Shown piece by piece: positions 39,365 to 49,533 of a stretch of DNA of 64,000 bases. Location of the stretch: assembly GCF_964204645.1 (NCBI RefSeq), contig NC_134036.1:10767859-10831858 (forward strand), written 5' to 3'. Both the position numbers and the translations under genes were made by a program. The notes beneath the pieces were generated by a model. It did no database searches. It worked only from the letters and a program-made list of their open reading frames with translations, and was not told where the DNA came from. The DNA is from Tubulanus polymorphus. Its lineage: Eukaryota > Animalia > Nemertea. Within the stretch, counting starts at the first letter, position 1, and each line of letters opens with the position of its first letter.

Positions 39365-40702
39365 TTAAAATTTAAAATATAATATTCCTCCTATAACAAT
39401 TCCTATACAAGTTATAGCTAATTTAGTATTTTCATGGGATTTATTATCATCATTTAGTTTAATTATATCATGTTGAATTTTATCGGTTTTAATATCACCG
39501 TGTGGATGCCGTACGGCACCATTTTCTATAGTATTGTAATCTTTTATTTTGGAATCATTATTTAATTTAATATTATTAGTTTTAGTTTCTGTTGATTGAA
39601 TATGTTTTTTATTTTTTTCACCTTCCATTAATTTTGGAGCAGTAATAATCTTTTTATTTATATCATTTAATCCAATTGAATTATTTATTGTTGCAGTTTT
39701 AATTAGATTATTATAACCAATTATATTTCCCATCTTTAATACTAAATCATTAGAAATAATTAATAGATTAGGTCCTATACAATAATTTAATCTAATATGT
39801 GATTTATCTAAATAATTTTGATATCTAACAATGTTTTCTGGAATCGATCTATTTTTATCATTATGAATGGAATCTTCAAATAATACTTTGAATTGTTTCT
39901 GCGCATCAAATGAAGTACTATTATTTCCAACTATTGGTGATCTTGTTTCAACTTGTGCACCTAAAATACATATCAAATAAGTTCTAATTGATTGATTTAT
40001 TCTTTGTATACCGGGTTTTGTAAATCCTTCACTATAAGATTCAATAAAATAAACCCAACCATTATTATTATGAATTTTATAATTATGATAAGCTCCAATT
40101 CTATGCATATAATCAATTCTTTTTATTTCATACTGTTCACCAACACCTTGCAATTTACCATGCGCTCTAAAATCGAAATTAATATTTATATTAAATTCAT
40201 TACATATTTTATAAAACTTGGATATATTAATATTATTATCCAATTCTTTAAAATATTTTGATCCAGGTAAAGGGCATTCTAATTCATTTAATATAATTCT
40301 AATTTGAAATTATACATGAAATCTAAATATTGTATGAATGAATTTTAAATCAGAATATTTCAAATTTTTATCTAAGTTATTCAAGTGATCATGCCAACTT
40401 ACACCACAACCAGCTGTTGCACAATGAACAGCAAAATTTAATTGATTCTGCCAATATTTCATATTAGATTTTACTTTATATATATTATATTCATCTCGAG
40501 TAAAAGTAACTTCATATGTATTAAATATATTTTCCATTTTAGAAATAAAATAGTTTGTTTCAGTAACATAAATTTCTAAATTAATCAATGAAGGTAAAAC
40601 TAAATTTTTATATATTATCATGTTACTAAAATCTATTGCTGGAGTATTATATTTATAATATTCATGTGATTTATTATATTGGAAAACTTTTGGAAACCCC
40701 AT
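39365..40702 (-). pseudogene. Conserved adintovirus-type hypothetical gene with an in-frame TAA at 40310-40312
   Basis: ORFs 40310-40702 and 39365-40243 are in frame: WQNQLNFAVHCATAGCGVS...FRFHV*FQIRIILNELECPLP. Confidence 0.75.
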
Positions 40703-40830
40703 TTATATAACTAAAAAATTAATAATTTATTAATTCTTTTAATAATTTATCTTGTTCTTCAACTGTTATATGGCCATTTAAACTTATTATATAATCTAGT
40801 GTGTTCTTTAATTTATTAATTTCTTTTATA

Positions 40831-41154
40831 TTAGATTTTATTTTTTTCTTTATTACTTTTTATATTTAATTTTGAACTTATACCAGTTAAAACACTTGAA
40901 CTTAATCCTAATACACCAATTGATATAGCTAAATGTGTTAATGGACTGAATATTGCTAGAAATGTTATTACAGAACTAATTGTAACCGAACCACTGATAA
41001 TAAGATAATATATAATTTTACTTTTTAAATATTTTTTCTTTTTTATCTTTAAGTCACTTTCAAATTCTAATATTTGTTTTTCTAAATATATTTTTAATTT
41101 AGTTTTATTTATATCATGAGGAATAATATCAATACTATCAACTTTATCTTCCAT
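40831..41154 (-). CDS. Two-TM small membrane protein, probably truncated by a frameshift in an A-run
   Basis: Two hydrophobic segments; an alternative frame continues KEINKLKNTLDYIISLNG. Confidence 0.6.
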   Translation of the reverse strand: MEDKVDSIDIIPHDINKTKLKIYLEKQILEFESDLKIKKKKYLKSKIIYYLIISGSVTISSVITFLAIFSPLTHLAISIGVLGLSSSVLTGISSKLNIKSNKEKNKI

Positions 41155-41174
41155 TTATTTAGCAAAAAAAATTA

Positions 41175-41597
41175 CTAATTAGTAAACTTATAAGCAACAA
41201 ATATAACAATAACTGTTCCACCTAAAATCCAAATTATTTCATATTTCTGTTGTTCTTTACTTGGGGTATAATAATCTGATAATTTAGGTTTGTATAGATG
41301 TAATTTTTCTTTATTTGTTACTGCGTTATATAAACTCATTGCATCATCAACTGATTGAAAATCTCTATGTGAAATCTTCTGATCATATAATTCTTTATTG
41401 ATGTAATCCATATAGTTTTGTCTCTTTTCTCTATATTCTTCTGCAGCTTTATTGTATTTCTCTAACGCTAAGTTATGTCTTCTTTGTTCTCCTAATGAAC
41501 TATTTTTATCAATATGTTTAAATAAATATCCACCACCAGTAAATGCTAAAGCGTTAACAATTGCTGATCCTATAATAGTTATAATTGCAGAAGCCAT
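41175..41597 (-). CDS. Conserved small virion-type protein
   Basis: IGSAIVNALAFTGGGYLF, EQRRHNLALE and KLSDYYTPS motifs; C-terminal TM. Confidence 0.75.
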   Translation of the reverse strand: MASAIITIIGSAIVNALAFTGGGYLFKHIDKNSSLGEQRRHNLALEKYNKAAEEYREKRQNYMDYINKELYDQKISHRDFQSVDDAMSLYNAVTNKEKLHLYKPKLSDYYTPSKEQQKYEIIWILGGTVIVIFVAYKFTN

Positions 41598-41622
41598 TTA
41601 TTTAGCAAAAAAAATTATGCAT

Positions 41623-41838
41623 TTATATGGGAGGAATATATTTTTGTTTTTCCAAATAATCAATAGTTAAATTAGATAAAGTAACTGCTAATGTTAATTT
41701 TAAAATATCATTTATATCAAATCTATCAACATTAACACTTTTGAATACTTTTTTTAATACCATTGAATAACCAACCGTTCCAACTGATAGTAATGCGCCA
41801 TTATATAATCCAGTTATTATCCACTTATTATCACTCAT
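41623..41838 (-). CDS. Small hydrophobic protein
   Basis: 71 aa, TAAATG start, tightly packed with its neighbours. Confidence 0.7.
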   Translation of the reverse strand: MSDNKWIITGLYNGALLSVGTVGYSMVLKKVFKSVNVDRFDINDILKLTLAVTLSNLTIDYLEKQKYIPPI

Positions 41839-41841
41839 TTA

Positions 41842-42195
41842 TTAATTAAAAAAATTACTATCATTAAAATATTTAGTTAACTTAGTGACTATTAATTCAA
41901 CATTTATTTTATTACTAGTTTCATTTGTATATATTTCAATTATTATTTTTTTAATATCATCGATGATAAAATCTTCATCTAATTCATAAAATCTTAAAGA
42001 TTCTCTAATTAAATTAGTAATCTTTTCTACATTTAAAGTTTCTTTATCTATTGTTGTTTCATACTCAAATGTTGTTTCATTAGAAAATGCAATATTTTTG
42101 ATATGTGTAATTACATCATTAATGTTAAATTTCATTTCTTTCTCACGTTTAAAATCAAACCCAAAACATATACTCGGTCCAACAGTTATATTCAT
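41842..42195 (-). CDS. Hypothetical protein
   Basis: 117 aa, TAAATG start, in the gene array. Confidence 0.65.
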   Translation of the reverse strand: MNITVGPSICFGFDFKREKEMKFNINDVITHIKNIAFSNETTFEYETTIDKETLNVEKITNLIRESLRFYELDEDFIIDDIKKIIIEIYTNETSNKINVELIVTKLTKYFNDSNFFN

Positions 42196-42211
42196 TTATA
42201 TAGGTGAAAAA

Positions 42212-42964
42212 TTACTCTTTACATCTTACAACTAATTCATAAATTATAGGAAAGTTATTCAAATCAATTAAGTATCCATTATGATTTCTAATTTCTAATC
42301 TAAAATTATTAAATTGAGGAATACAAGGTTTGAAATCACATTCAGCTAAATTATAATTTATTTGCGTTCCAAATTGTTTAACATTCTTCATTGGTAAAAT
42401 GTTTAGTAAACCAGAATAACAAGTTATATCTTTAGTTGCTTCGAATGTTTTTGTAGGATCGATTAAATTGCAATAAATATAAAAGTGTGTAAAAGGTATT
42501 ATATTTGGTGTAGTATCAACATTTGAATAATATTTATCTGGTGTAATTCCTAATAGTTTAGCTATAGGTTTTTTAACTGAAAATTGATATTTTTCATTAT
42601 GAGCTAACCTTATCTTCATTTTATTAGAATTATCACTTTTCAAAAATCTAATGTTAAATTCAGCATCACTACCTAATTTGATCCGAGCTTTTTTATTAAT
42701 TTCCTGCGCTAATGTATCTAAATTATATAATCCTGGTTTTAAAAATAGATAATTCCATTTATCCTTACTCTTGTTTGAAAAAAATAAATGTTCAAGACTT
42801 TTAGCTGTTATATTATAAAATGAGTTACAAAAACTTATATTAACTAATTTTAAATCTACGCAATTCTTAAATTCTCTATCTAATTGTACTAATAAATTAT
42901 GTGATTTATAATTTGTAAGTTTTCTAGAATCAATAAATATTCTGTATTCTTTCAATTCTACCAT
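42212..42964 (-). CDS. Minor capsid (penton-like) protein
   Basis: IFIDSR, LKPGLYNLDTL, FYIYCNLID, FRLEIRNHNGYLIDLNNFPIIYEL. Confidence 0.8.
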   Translation of the reverse strand: MVELKEYRIFIDSRKLTNYKSHNLLVQLDREFKNCVDLKLVNISFCNSFYNITAKSLEHLFFSNKSKDKWNYLFLKPGLYNLDTLAQEINKKARIKLGSDAEFNIRFLKSDNSNKMKIRLAHNEKYQFSVKKPIAKLLGITPDKYYSNVDTTPNIIPFTHFYIYCNLIDPTKTFEATKDITCYSGLLNILPMKNVKQFGTQINYNLAECDFKPCIPQFNNFRLEIRNHNGYLIDLNNFPIIYELVVRCKE

Positions 42965-43032
42965 TATTTATAACATAAAAAAATTACCGCTCATCACTAA
43001 AAATTAATTTTAATAAAATTTTTCCTTAATAA

Positions 43033-44346
43033 ATGGAAGTGAAGATAGCATGCGAAATTTGTGGTGAACTTCTAAGAAAAAGTAATATGGCTCGACATAT
43101 GAAAAAACATGATGAAAATTATAAACCCCCTAAAATAAACTGTCCAAATTGTAATAAAACATTCTCTAGAAATTATTTCAAAAAACATTTAGAGAAGTGT
43201 AAAAATAATAACTTAATAGTTAATGTTGACAGTAACGAAAGTAATAATAATTCTGTTGAAGTTGAACCTGAAATTATTTGGAAAAGACCTTTCTTATTCT
43301 ATGATAAGGATAATATAAAAGATCATTTCTGTGAGCCTTGTCGAATAAAATATAACCCTGAAAATATAGAAGATTGGGAGAATCATCAATTTCGTAAAGT
43401 ACATATAGATAAAATTTCTAATAAATTTGAAACTGAATTCAATGCAAGAAAAAATAATTTATTAGAAAAAATAAAATATGAGAAAACGTTACCAGATAAT
43501 GAAGAAACAGTTGAAAAGTTAGAAAAACAATATAATGAATTAACAAGAAAAACATATTATTGTAAATATTGTAAATTGATTATTACAACAAGTAATTCAA
43601 ATCTACATGATAGAACAATAAAACATAAAGAAAACGTAAGAAAATACCAAGAGCTTAATGAAGATCTATTACTAATAGATTATAAACAAAAATGCCCACA
43701 ATGTATTTATGCGACCTTAAGGCAAGAAGGTACTGTGTTATTTTGTGTTGATTGTGGATGGCAAAGGAATTTATGGGGTGAAGAAAAAACTAGAAATTTT
43801 CTTATAGAACCAAAATTAAATTATCTTGATGAAATTTTTAAAATATTTTCTATAGAAGATCATACACCAGAATATATGCAATGGCTTGAAAAAATGAAAA
43901 TAATAGAAAATAAAAATGGTGAAATAACTAAAAAAGATATTATAAAAACAATTATTCCACCAACATTTAACAAAAAACAAAAGAAAATGTATTTATATTT
44001 ATTATTTAACGATTATTATGAAAAACCTAAATTAACAGAAGAAGATATGGAAAATATAAAAAAAATATTTAAACAAATATTAATGTATCATTTGGAAAAT
44101 AGAATAACAGATTCAATAAATTATGAATTCTTTTTAAATAAGATTGTAAATTATTTAAACCTAGATATTATAATTCCATTTGATGAATTAACAAACAAAA
44201 AGAAACAAAGAGAGCGAGATGAAATGTGGAACAAGATAGAACTTTATTTAAATGAGAAAAATGGAATGGAAGAAGAACCTGAACAATTAAATGAAAATGA
44301 AGAAGCCAATAGTGATTTCGAGTTTGATGATATAGATCCATTTTAA
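43033..44346 (+). CDS. Zinc-finger protein with C-terminal VLTF3 (poxvirus A2)-like late transcription factor domain
   Basis: Four N-terminal C2H2/matrin-like fingers, a CPQC-x12-CVDCG ribbon, then SINYEFFLNKI...KKQRERDEMWNKI. Confidence 0.7.
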   Translation: MEVKIACEICGELLRKSNMARHMKKHDENYKPPKINCPNCNKTFSRNYFKKHLEKCKNNNLIVNVDSNESNNNSVEVEPEIIWKRPFLFYDKDNIKDHFCEPCRIKYNPENIEDWENHQFRKVHIDKISNKFETEFNARKNNLLEKIKYEKTLPDNEETVEKLEKQYNELTRKTYYCKYCKLIITTSNSNLHDRTIKHKENVRKYQELNEDLLLIDYKQKCPQCIYATLRQEGTVLFCVDCGWQRNLWGEEKTRNFLIEPKLNYLDEIFKIFSIEDHTPEYMQWLEKMKIIENKNGEITKKDIIKTIIPPTFNKKQKKMYLYLLFNDYYEKPKLTEEDMENIKKIFKQILMYHLENRITDSINYEFFLNKIVNYLNLDIIIPFDELTNKKKQRERDEMWNKIELYLNEKNGMEEEPEQLNENEEANSDFEFDDIDPF

Positions 44347-47300
44347 TAACCATAAGGTAATGTTTTTATACCATCATCTGAAATATGCCTTTTATCATCA
44401 AATGGATTTAAACTAGTTTTTTCAACTTCATTAATGTACATCTCATGATCTTCTGATCTTAAACAATTCATCTTGTGTTTCATTACAATTGATTTATATA
44501 AACACTTTATATAATCTTGAAATTCTATATGTTTATCAACCACATGTTTTGTTATTCCTTTTAACTTTTTAGCTTCATGATCTTTTGTTCTGTAACTATA
44601 CATTTTACTTCCTATCCCAACAAATTCAATCATTTCATCACCTCCTAATTCATCTTTAAACTTACCAGGAATCTTTTTATTATCATTACTAAACAATTCA
44701 TGATCTTTGGGGTAATTGCTAAAATCAAAATAATGTTTTAATGTTTTTAAGTCTTTTGTTATATCATTTGTCTTGATTTTTAGTATGTAGGCGTCAGTAT
44801 TGACCGCTATTAATGGAAATCCACAGTTAAATGTACCATCTTCAGTTGATAAATCATAAACATAATCTGTTGGGTTATATATTTCAAATAAATCCTTATC
44901 TTCTTCTGTTAACTCATTTTCTACATGGCTTAAATTAAAGCAATTTGGTTTAGATTTAATCAATCCAATATTCATATTGAAGCCTAATGAATTACATAAT
45001 ATATTTAATCCTGATATAGCAACTTTTCCTTTTTGAGCTAAAGATATTGTTTTGCGGTTTTTGAAACTTTTTGAACCATCTGCAGCATAGAACCGAATGA
45101 AGAACCATTTTCTTAAATTATTTTTTGCATTTAATACATAATCTGGAACTATCTTTTCTTTAGTTGAAGTATTACTTTTCACTATTGCATGAGTGTAGAA
45201 TTCGTTATTATATATATATTTATAGCAAAATCTTTAGGATTATTCACATGTATTCTATAACATTGCGATGATTTCATAACATCTATGATTTTAAATGTTT
45301 TATGTGAATAAACTTCTTCACAGAATTTCTTAATTCTTTCTAATAATTTTAAGTCTTGATTGCATAAATACCAACAATATTTAGTTCCACTAACATAATT
45401 ATACACACCTGCTGAACCATCACCCATGAAAAATCCTTTGATAAAATATTCTTTTTCTTCTAATGTTTCGGGTTCTATATTATAAATATTATTAATTATT
45501 TCATCAAATGACATATGATTCATTCTTGGGAAAAATCTTTTATGTAATAATTCATCTCCAATTTTTATATCAGTTGGTTTTATTTCATTACCATTTTGTT
45601 TAATCAAACTATGGTCTTCAGTAACATCTACAAATCCTAATTTAGTTCTAACTCTATAGATTTTCTTATTTGTTTTATGTCTAATAATATTCTTTAATTT
45701 TTTCCATCCATTTCTTGTCCAAACATCCATTAAACCATTTATTTGTATAAGTTCTTTTTCACCATATGAAATATAAGATTTATTTTGATTAGGAATTATT
45801 TGTGAAATTCTTCTTACCAATATTTTATTATTACATTTTAATAATATTGGGGTGTCAGCCGTTACAGAATCAAAATATAATATTTCTATATGTTTTTCCC
45901 CAAAAAGTGGCTGCAAAACATTGTAATAAAAATTATACATCAATAATTTTTATATTTGCAAAACAGTTGAACCTATAAATATAGGTTTATTAAATTTTAA
46001 TGATGTTCTTTTTAATTTAACTGCTGTTAAATAATCTTCAAATCTTTTATTTCCTAAATGTCTAGGACTTGATTGTAAATGTCTTAATCTTTCAGAATTA
46101 TTTACTAATTCAATATCATTTCTATTTCTAATATTTTCACATGTTTTACCATAAAAACTATTATTCATTAATTTGAAGAAATCTTTTTCAAAATCTGTTT
46201 TTGATATGGTTCTCTGTTGAGTATTGAAATCTATATATTTTTCTAACCACTTCGATTGATTAAATTCAATATATCTATGTACTTTCTTTAATTTCATTCC
46301 TTGTTTTAGATAAAATTTTAACATTCTATAATGAACAATATAATTGTATTTATTATTTTGAGTAAGTATTAATTTTTCTGTAAAAACATGATCTTTCGGT
46401 TTTATTTTCTTCTGGTATTCACTTAAATAACTATCATCTACAGTTAAATGTTCTGGGCAATAAGGTAAGTTTCTTGTTTTAAACTTTATATTTTCAGGAT
46501 ATTCTAAATCAACTACAAAGAAATAACCAATTGGTGCTTCATCTTTTAAACTAATAATTGCGCTTTCCCAATCAGTTTTATCACCATTTTCAACTTCTGT
46601 TAATATAAAATTTTTATATGGTTGAGGTTGCATCATTGCCCAACCATATAAATTATTGGCGTCAATATATAATAATTTATATTCATCATTTGCTTTAAAA
46701 TACCTATCTCCCATAACACCACTAATTCCACCTCTAATTGATTTTTCAAATAATAAAACCATATCTGCTTCTTTTAATAAATCTAATTCTACATTTGTAT
46801 ATTTTAAACCACATTGCCAGGTTAAACCAGGACTAGAATAACAATAACAAGGATCAACATTAAAATGATTCAAATTAACTTCTCTAAATTTTTCAAATAT
46901 GTCAGCTAATATCATAACATCTGATTTTAAATATAAATCAACTAATTCGCCATGATTTTTCATCTTAAAATAGTTCCAAATATTTAATGTTCTATTAAAC
47001 ACTTCGTCTTTCACATACTCCTCTTTTAATTTATCATAAAATTGATCTTTTAATAATTCTGTTACATTAAAATCATTATGTGTTTTATAAAATGAATAAG
47101 GAATTGCGCCTTTATATCTCAATAATTTAAAATCTTGTTCATTTGGATAATAATATCGAGTTATAACAAAATCATTATCAACTAAACTTTTTGATAAATT
47201 ATCTAATGAACTTGCTAGAAATCTATAAGAATCTAAAAATCTAATGCAACCAAATTGAAATGAAATATAATTTTCAGATGTTTTAGCTAATAGTTTAAAA

Positions 47301-49418
47301 TCATATTTTCTTACATTTACACCATTCATAGCATTATATTCTTCTATTTTCTTGATTAATTGCACCCAATTTTCCCGATAATTGTTTTATAAATAGATGG
47401 GTATCATAGCCTGATAAATTATGAAATAATATTGGTACGAAATTAACTTTCTTAGCTTGTAAATTGCAATCTTCATGAGCAGCTCCACGATATTTTGAAT
47501 TCAAATGATCATGATCTCTAACTCTTTTATCAAATGAATAAAAACGTTTTTCACAATAACAACAATGAGTTGCATAATTAAAATCAATTTCATCTTCTTT
47601 TGTCATAACTATTCTTTTATTTTTGTTCAATAATTTTGCAAAATCACTTTTTAATTCAATAATTTTATCACAAAAATCATTAACTACATTTTCACCTCTA
47701 AAAGAAATATATTGACTTTCATATAATTCGGGATAATTTGATTTTATGTAAATTCCATAAGCAGCAGCTCTTAGATGAACTTTTTTAATTGTATTTATAA
47801 TTGGTGGGTCTTGTATTGTGTCTTCATTTAATTCATTTCCTTTATCCATTGATTTTAATAATTGCTTTTTGTTATATATTTCTTTTCTATCTTGATCAGT
47901 TAATTCTTTATTCAACGATTCAAAATCCCCATAAATTACAAATGGAACAATATTTTTAAATTTATGATTAGTAAATTTCAATTTATAATCTTTTTCTGTT
48001 GGCATTATTAATTTACAAAAATCTTTATTATCACATAATTCTTTATGTTTTAATAATGTATTCTCGGTCATAAATTTAGATAAACATTTTCTACATAGAT
48101 AAATTTTACGATGATGATCACTTTCTGTTCTAAAGAATAAATCAATTTGTTTTAACCACACATAATGTTCATTTTCATCTTTTTTATAATATAACAAATC
48201 TATAGCATTTTCATCATCATAATATTCTGTTAAATATAAAGCTTCCAATGTATAATCTTTAATATTTTCACCTTTTGTCTTTGGTAATTGCATTAATTCG
48301 AATACATTTATTTTTAAATTATTAATTTTTTCTATTTTAGGAATCATTTTTATAGTTACTGGATATTGATCAATTTTATATAATGTTTCATATTTCCGGT
48401 AATTTGTTATTCTAAAACTATGCGTCATATCTTCTGTTTGTTGTAAACAACTAATAATTGACCATAGAAAACATTTATTATCTTCATTTTGAACATTTAT
48501 TACTGCTTTTGTTGTAAATGGTAATTTAATATAAGATGATGCTTTAATATCCTTTTCTGTTGTAAAGTTTGAATCATTTTTAAACATTTTATTACTTTTT
48601 GATGTTTTATTCCTTTTTGTATTATAAACATTTAAATCTAAATATATTATTTCATTCAATGTTAAGCCAGAACCCTCAAAATATCTTTCTTCAATATGAC
48701 GTTTAAATTCATTAAATATTTTTTCTAACTTCTCTTTTATTTGTGTTTTTGAAATTATTTCTTCAGAGTGTGTTTGAATATTATAATTCATTTTTTCTTC
48801 TGACTTTATAAAACTTACTTTCCCAGAGATACTAATTTTTGGATATTCAACATCTGTTATCAAATCTAGTATTTTTTCTATTATTTCATTAAATTTACTA
48901 TAATCTTCTATTGTTGTACCTTTAAAAAATCTAAATATAATAGCTGCAGGACCAATTTTACTATGTAATGTTTCTAAGATTTCAATTGTATCTTTTATTT
49001 CTAGTGAATCAATATAATTTCTAACATTTTCCATGTAAGGTTTATTTGAAATGGATTTAGTTTTTGAAGTTGATTCTTTTACTTTTTGAGGTTTATTATC
49101 AAAATAATCTTTTCCTAAAACATTATTACTCAAATTTTGGTGGTGTTTTTGTGATTCGAGATGTCTATTATAATTCCTTTTTACTATAAATTCATTACAA
49201 ACTTCACATTTTATTTCATCCACATTCATATTTTCTAATCGTTCTTTTCTTTCATTGGAATTTTCTGGAGTTTCAAAATCTATTACATTTTTTATATGAT
49301 TTGCAGTTTTTTCATGTCGTGTTTTATGAGATGTATCGATGTATTTTTTACAATATTGACAATAATATTGATTTTTATTGACATTATTGTTTTCTAGTTG
49401 GTGTTCATTCTCCCCCAT
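44343..49418 (-). pseudogene. polB: Protein-primed family B DNA polymerase (OTU-like and Endo VII-like domains), intein-containing, with three lesions
   Basis: DNKCFLWSII..HYVW; VIYGDFES; VRDHDH..YRGAAHEDCNL; FHNLSGYDTH; LYIDANNLYGWAM; KLMNNSFYGK; YFD|TD; KLKGI; PFDDKR. Lesions: 22-bp insertion at about 47357-47384, TAA at 45950-45952, 2-nt slip at about 45210. Confidence 0.95.
44799..45868 (-). mobile_element. Intein with LAGLIDADG homing endonuclease in PolB motif C (about 356 aa after removing a 2-nt slip)
   Basis: Block A SVTADTPILL, block B VDVTEDHSL, KGFFMGDGS and RFYAADGS, block F YVYDLSTEDGTF, terminal Asn followed by Thr. Removal restores ILYFD-TDAYIL. Confidence 0.93.
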
Positions 49419-49461
49419 TTATTAGGAAAAAAATTACTTGTGGTGATGAGTGTTAGGAAAA

Positions 49462-49533
49462 AAATTACTTGTGGTGATGAGTGGTGTCTCGCCCTCTCGC
49501 CCTCTGGTATGAAACCCACATATTCCAATTACT
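49462..49533 (-). repeat. Right TIR
   Basis: Exact reverse complement of 32783-32854. Confidence 0.95.

Larger units (their letters stand above)
32783..49533. mobile_element. Endogenous Polinton/Maverick (adintovirus-like) provirus, 16,751 bp, both ends present
   Basis: AGT...ACT termini, 72-bp identical TIRs, 6-bp TSD TAAGAG (32777-32782 and 49534-49539), hallmark gene set, abrupt AT-rich intronless block. Confidence 0.96.

Noticed and set aside
44343-45943. Naturally split intein across two ORFs
   Set aside because: The break is a 2-nt slip in an (AT)n run inside the endonuclease, with no TAAATG start for the second part.
34237-45952. Three in-frame TAA codons in element genes suggesting stop-codon reassignment or readthrough
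   Set aside because: Most intact genes end in TAA, the expected residues differ (probably Tyr versus Ser), and frameshifts are also present; ordinary decay explains it.
32783-49533. Separate adenain-type maturation protease gene
   Set aside because: No His-Trp/Gln-Cys-Gly protease motifs recognised in any ORF; only the OTU-like motif in PolB. Absence needs an HMM check.
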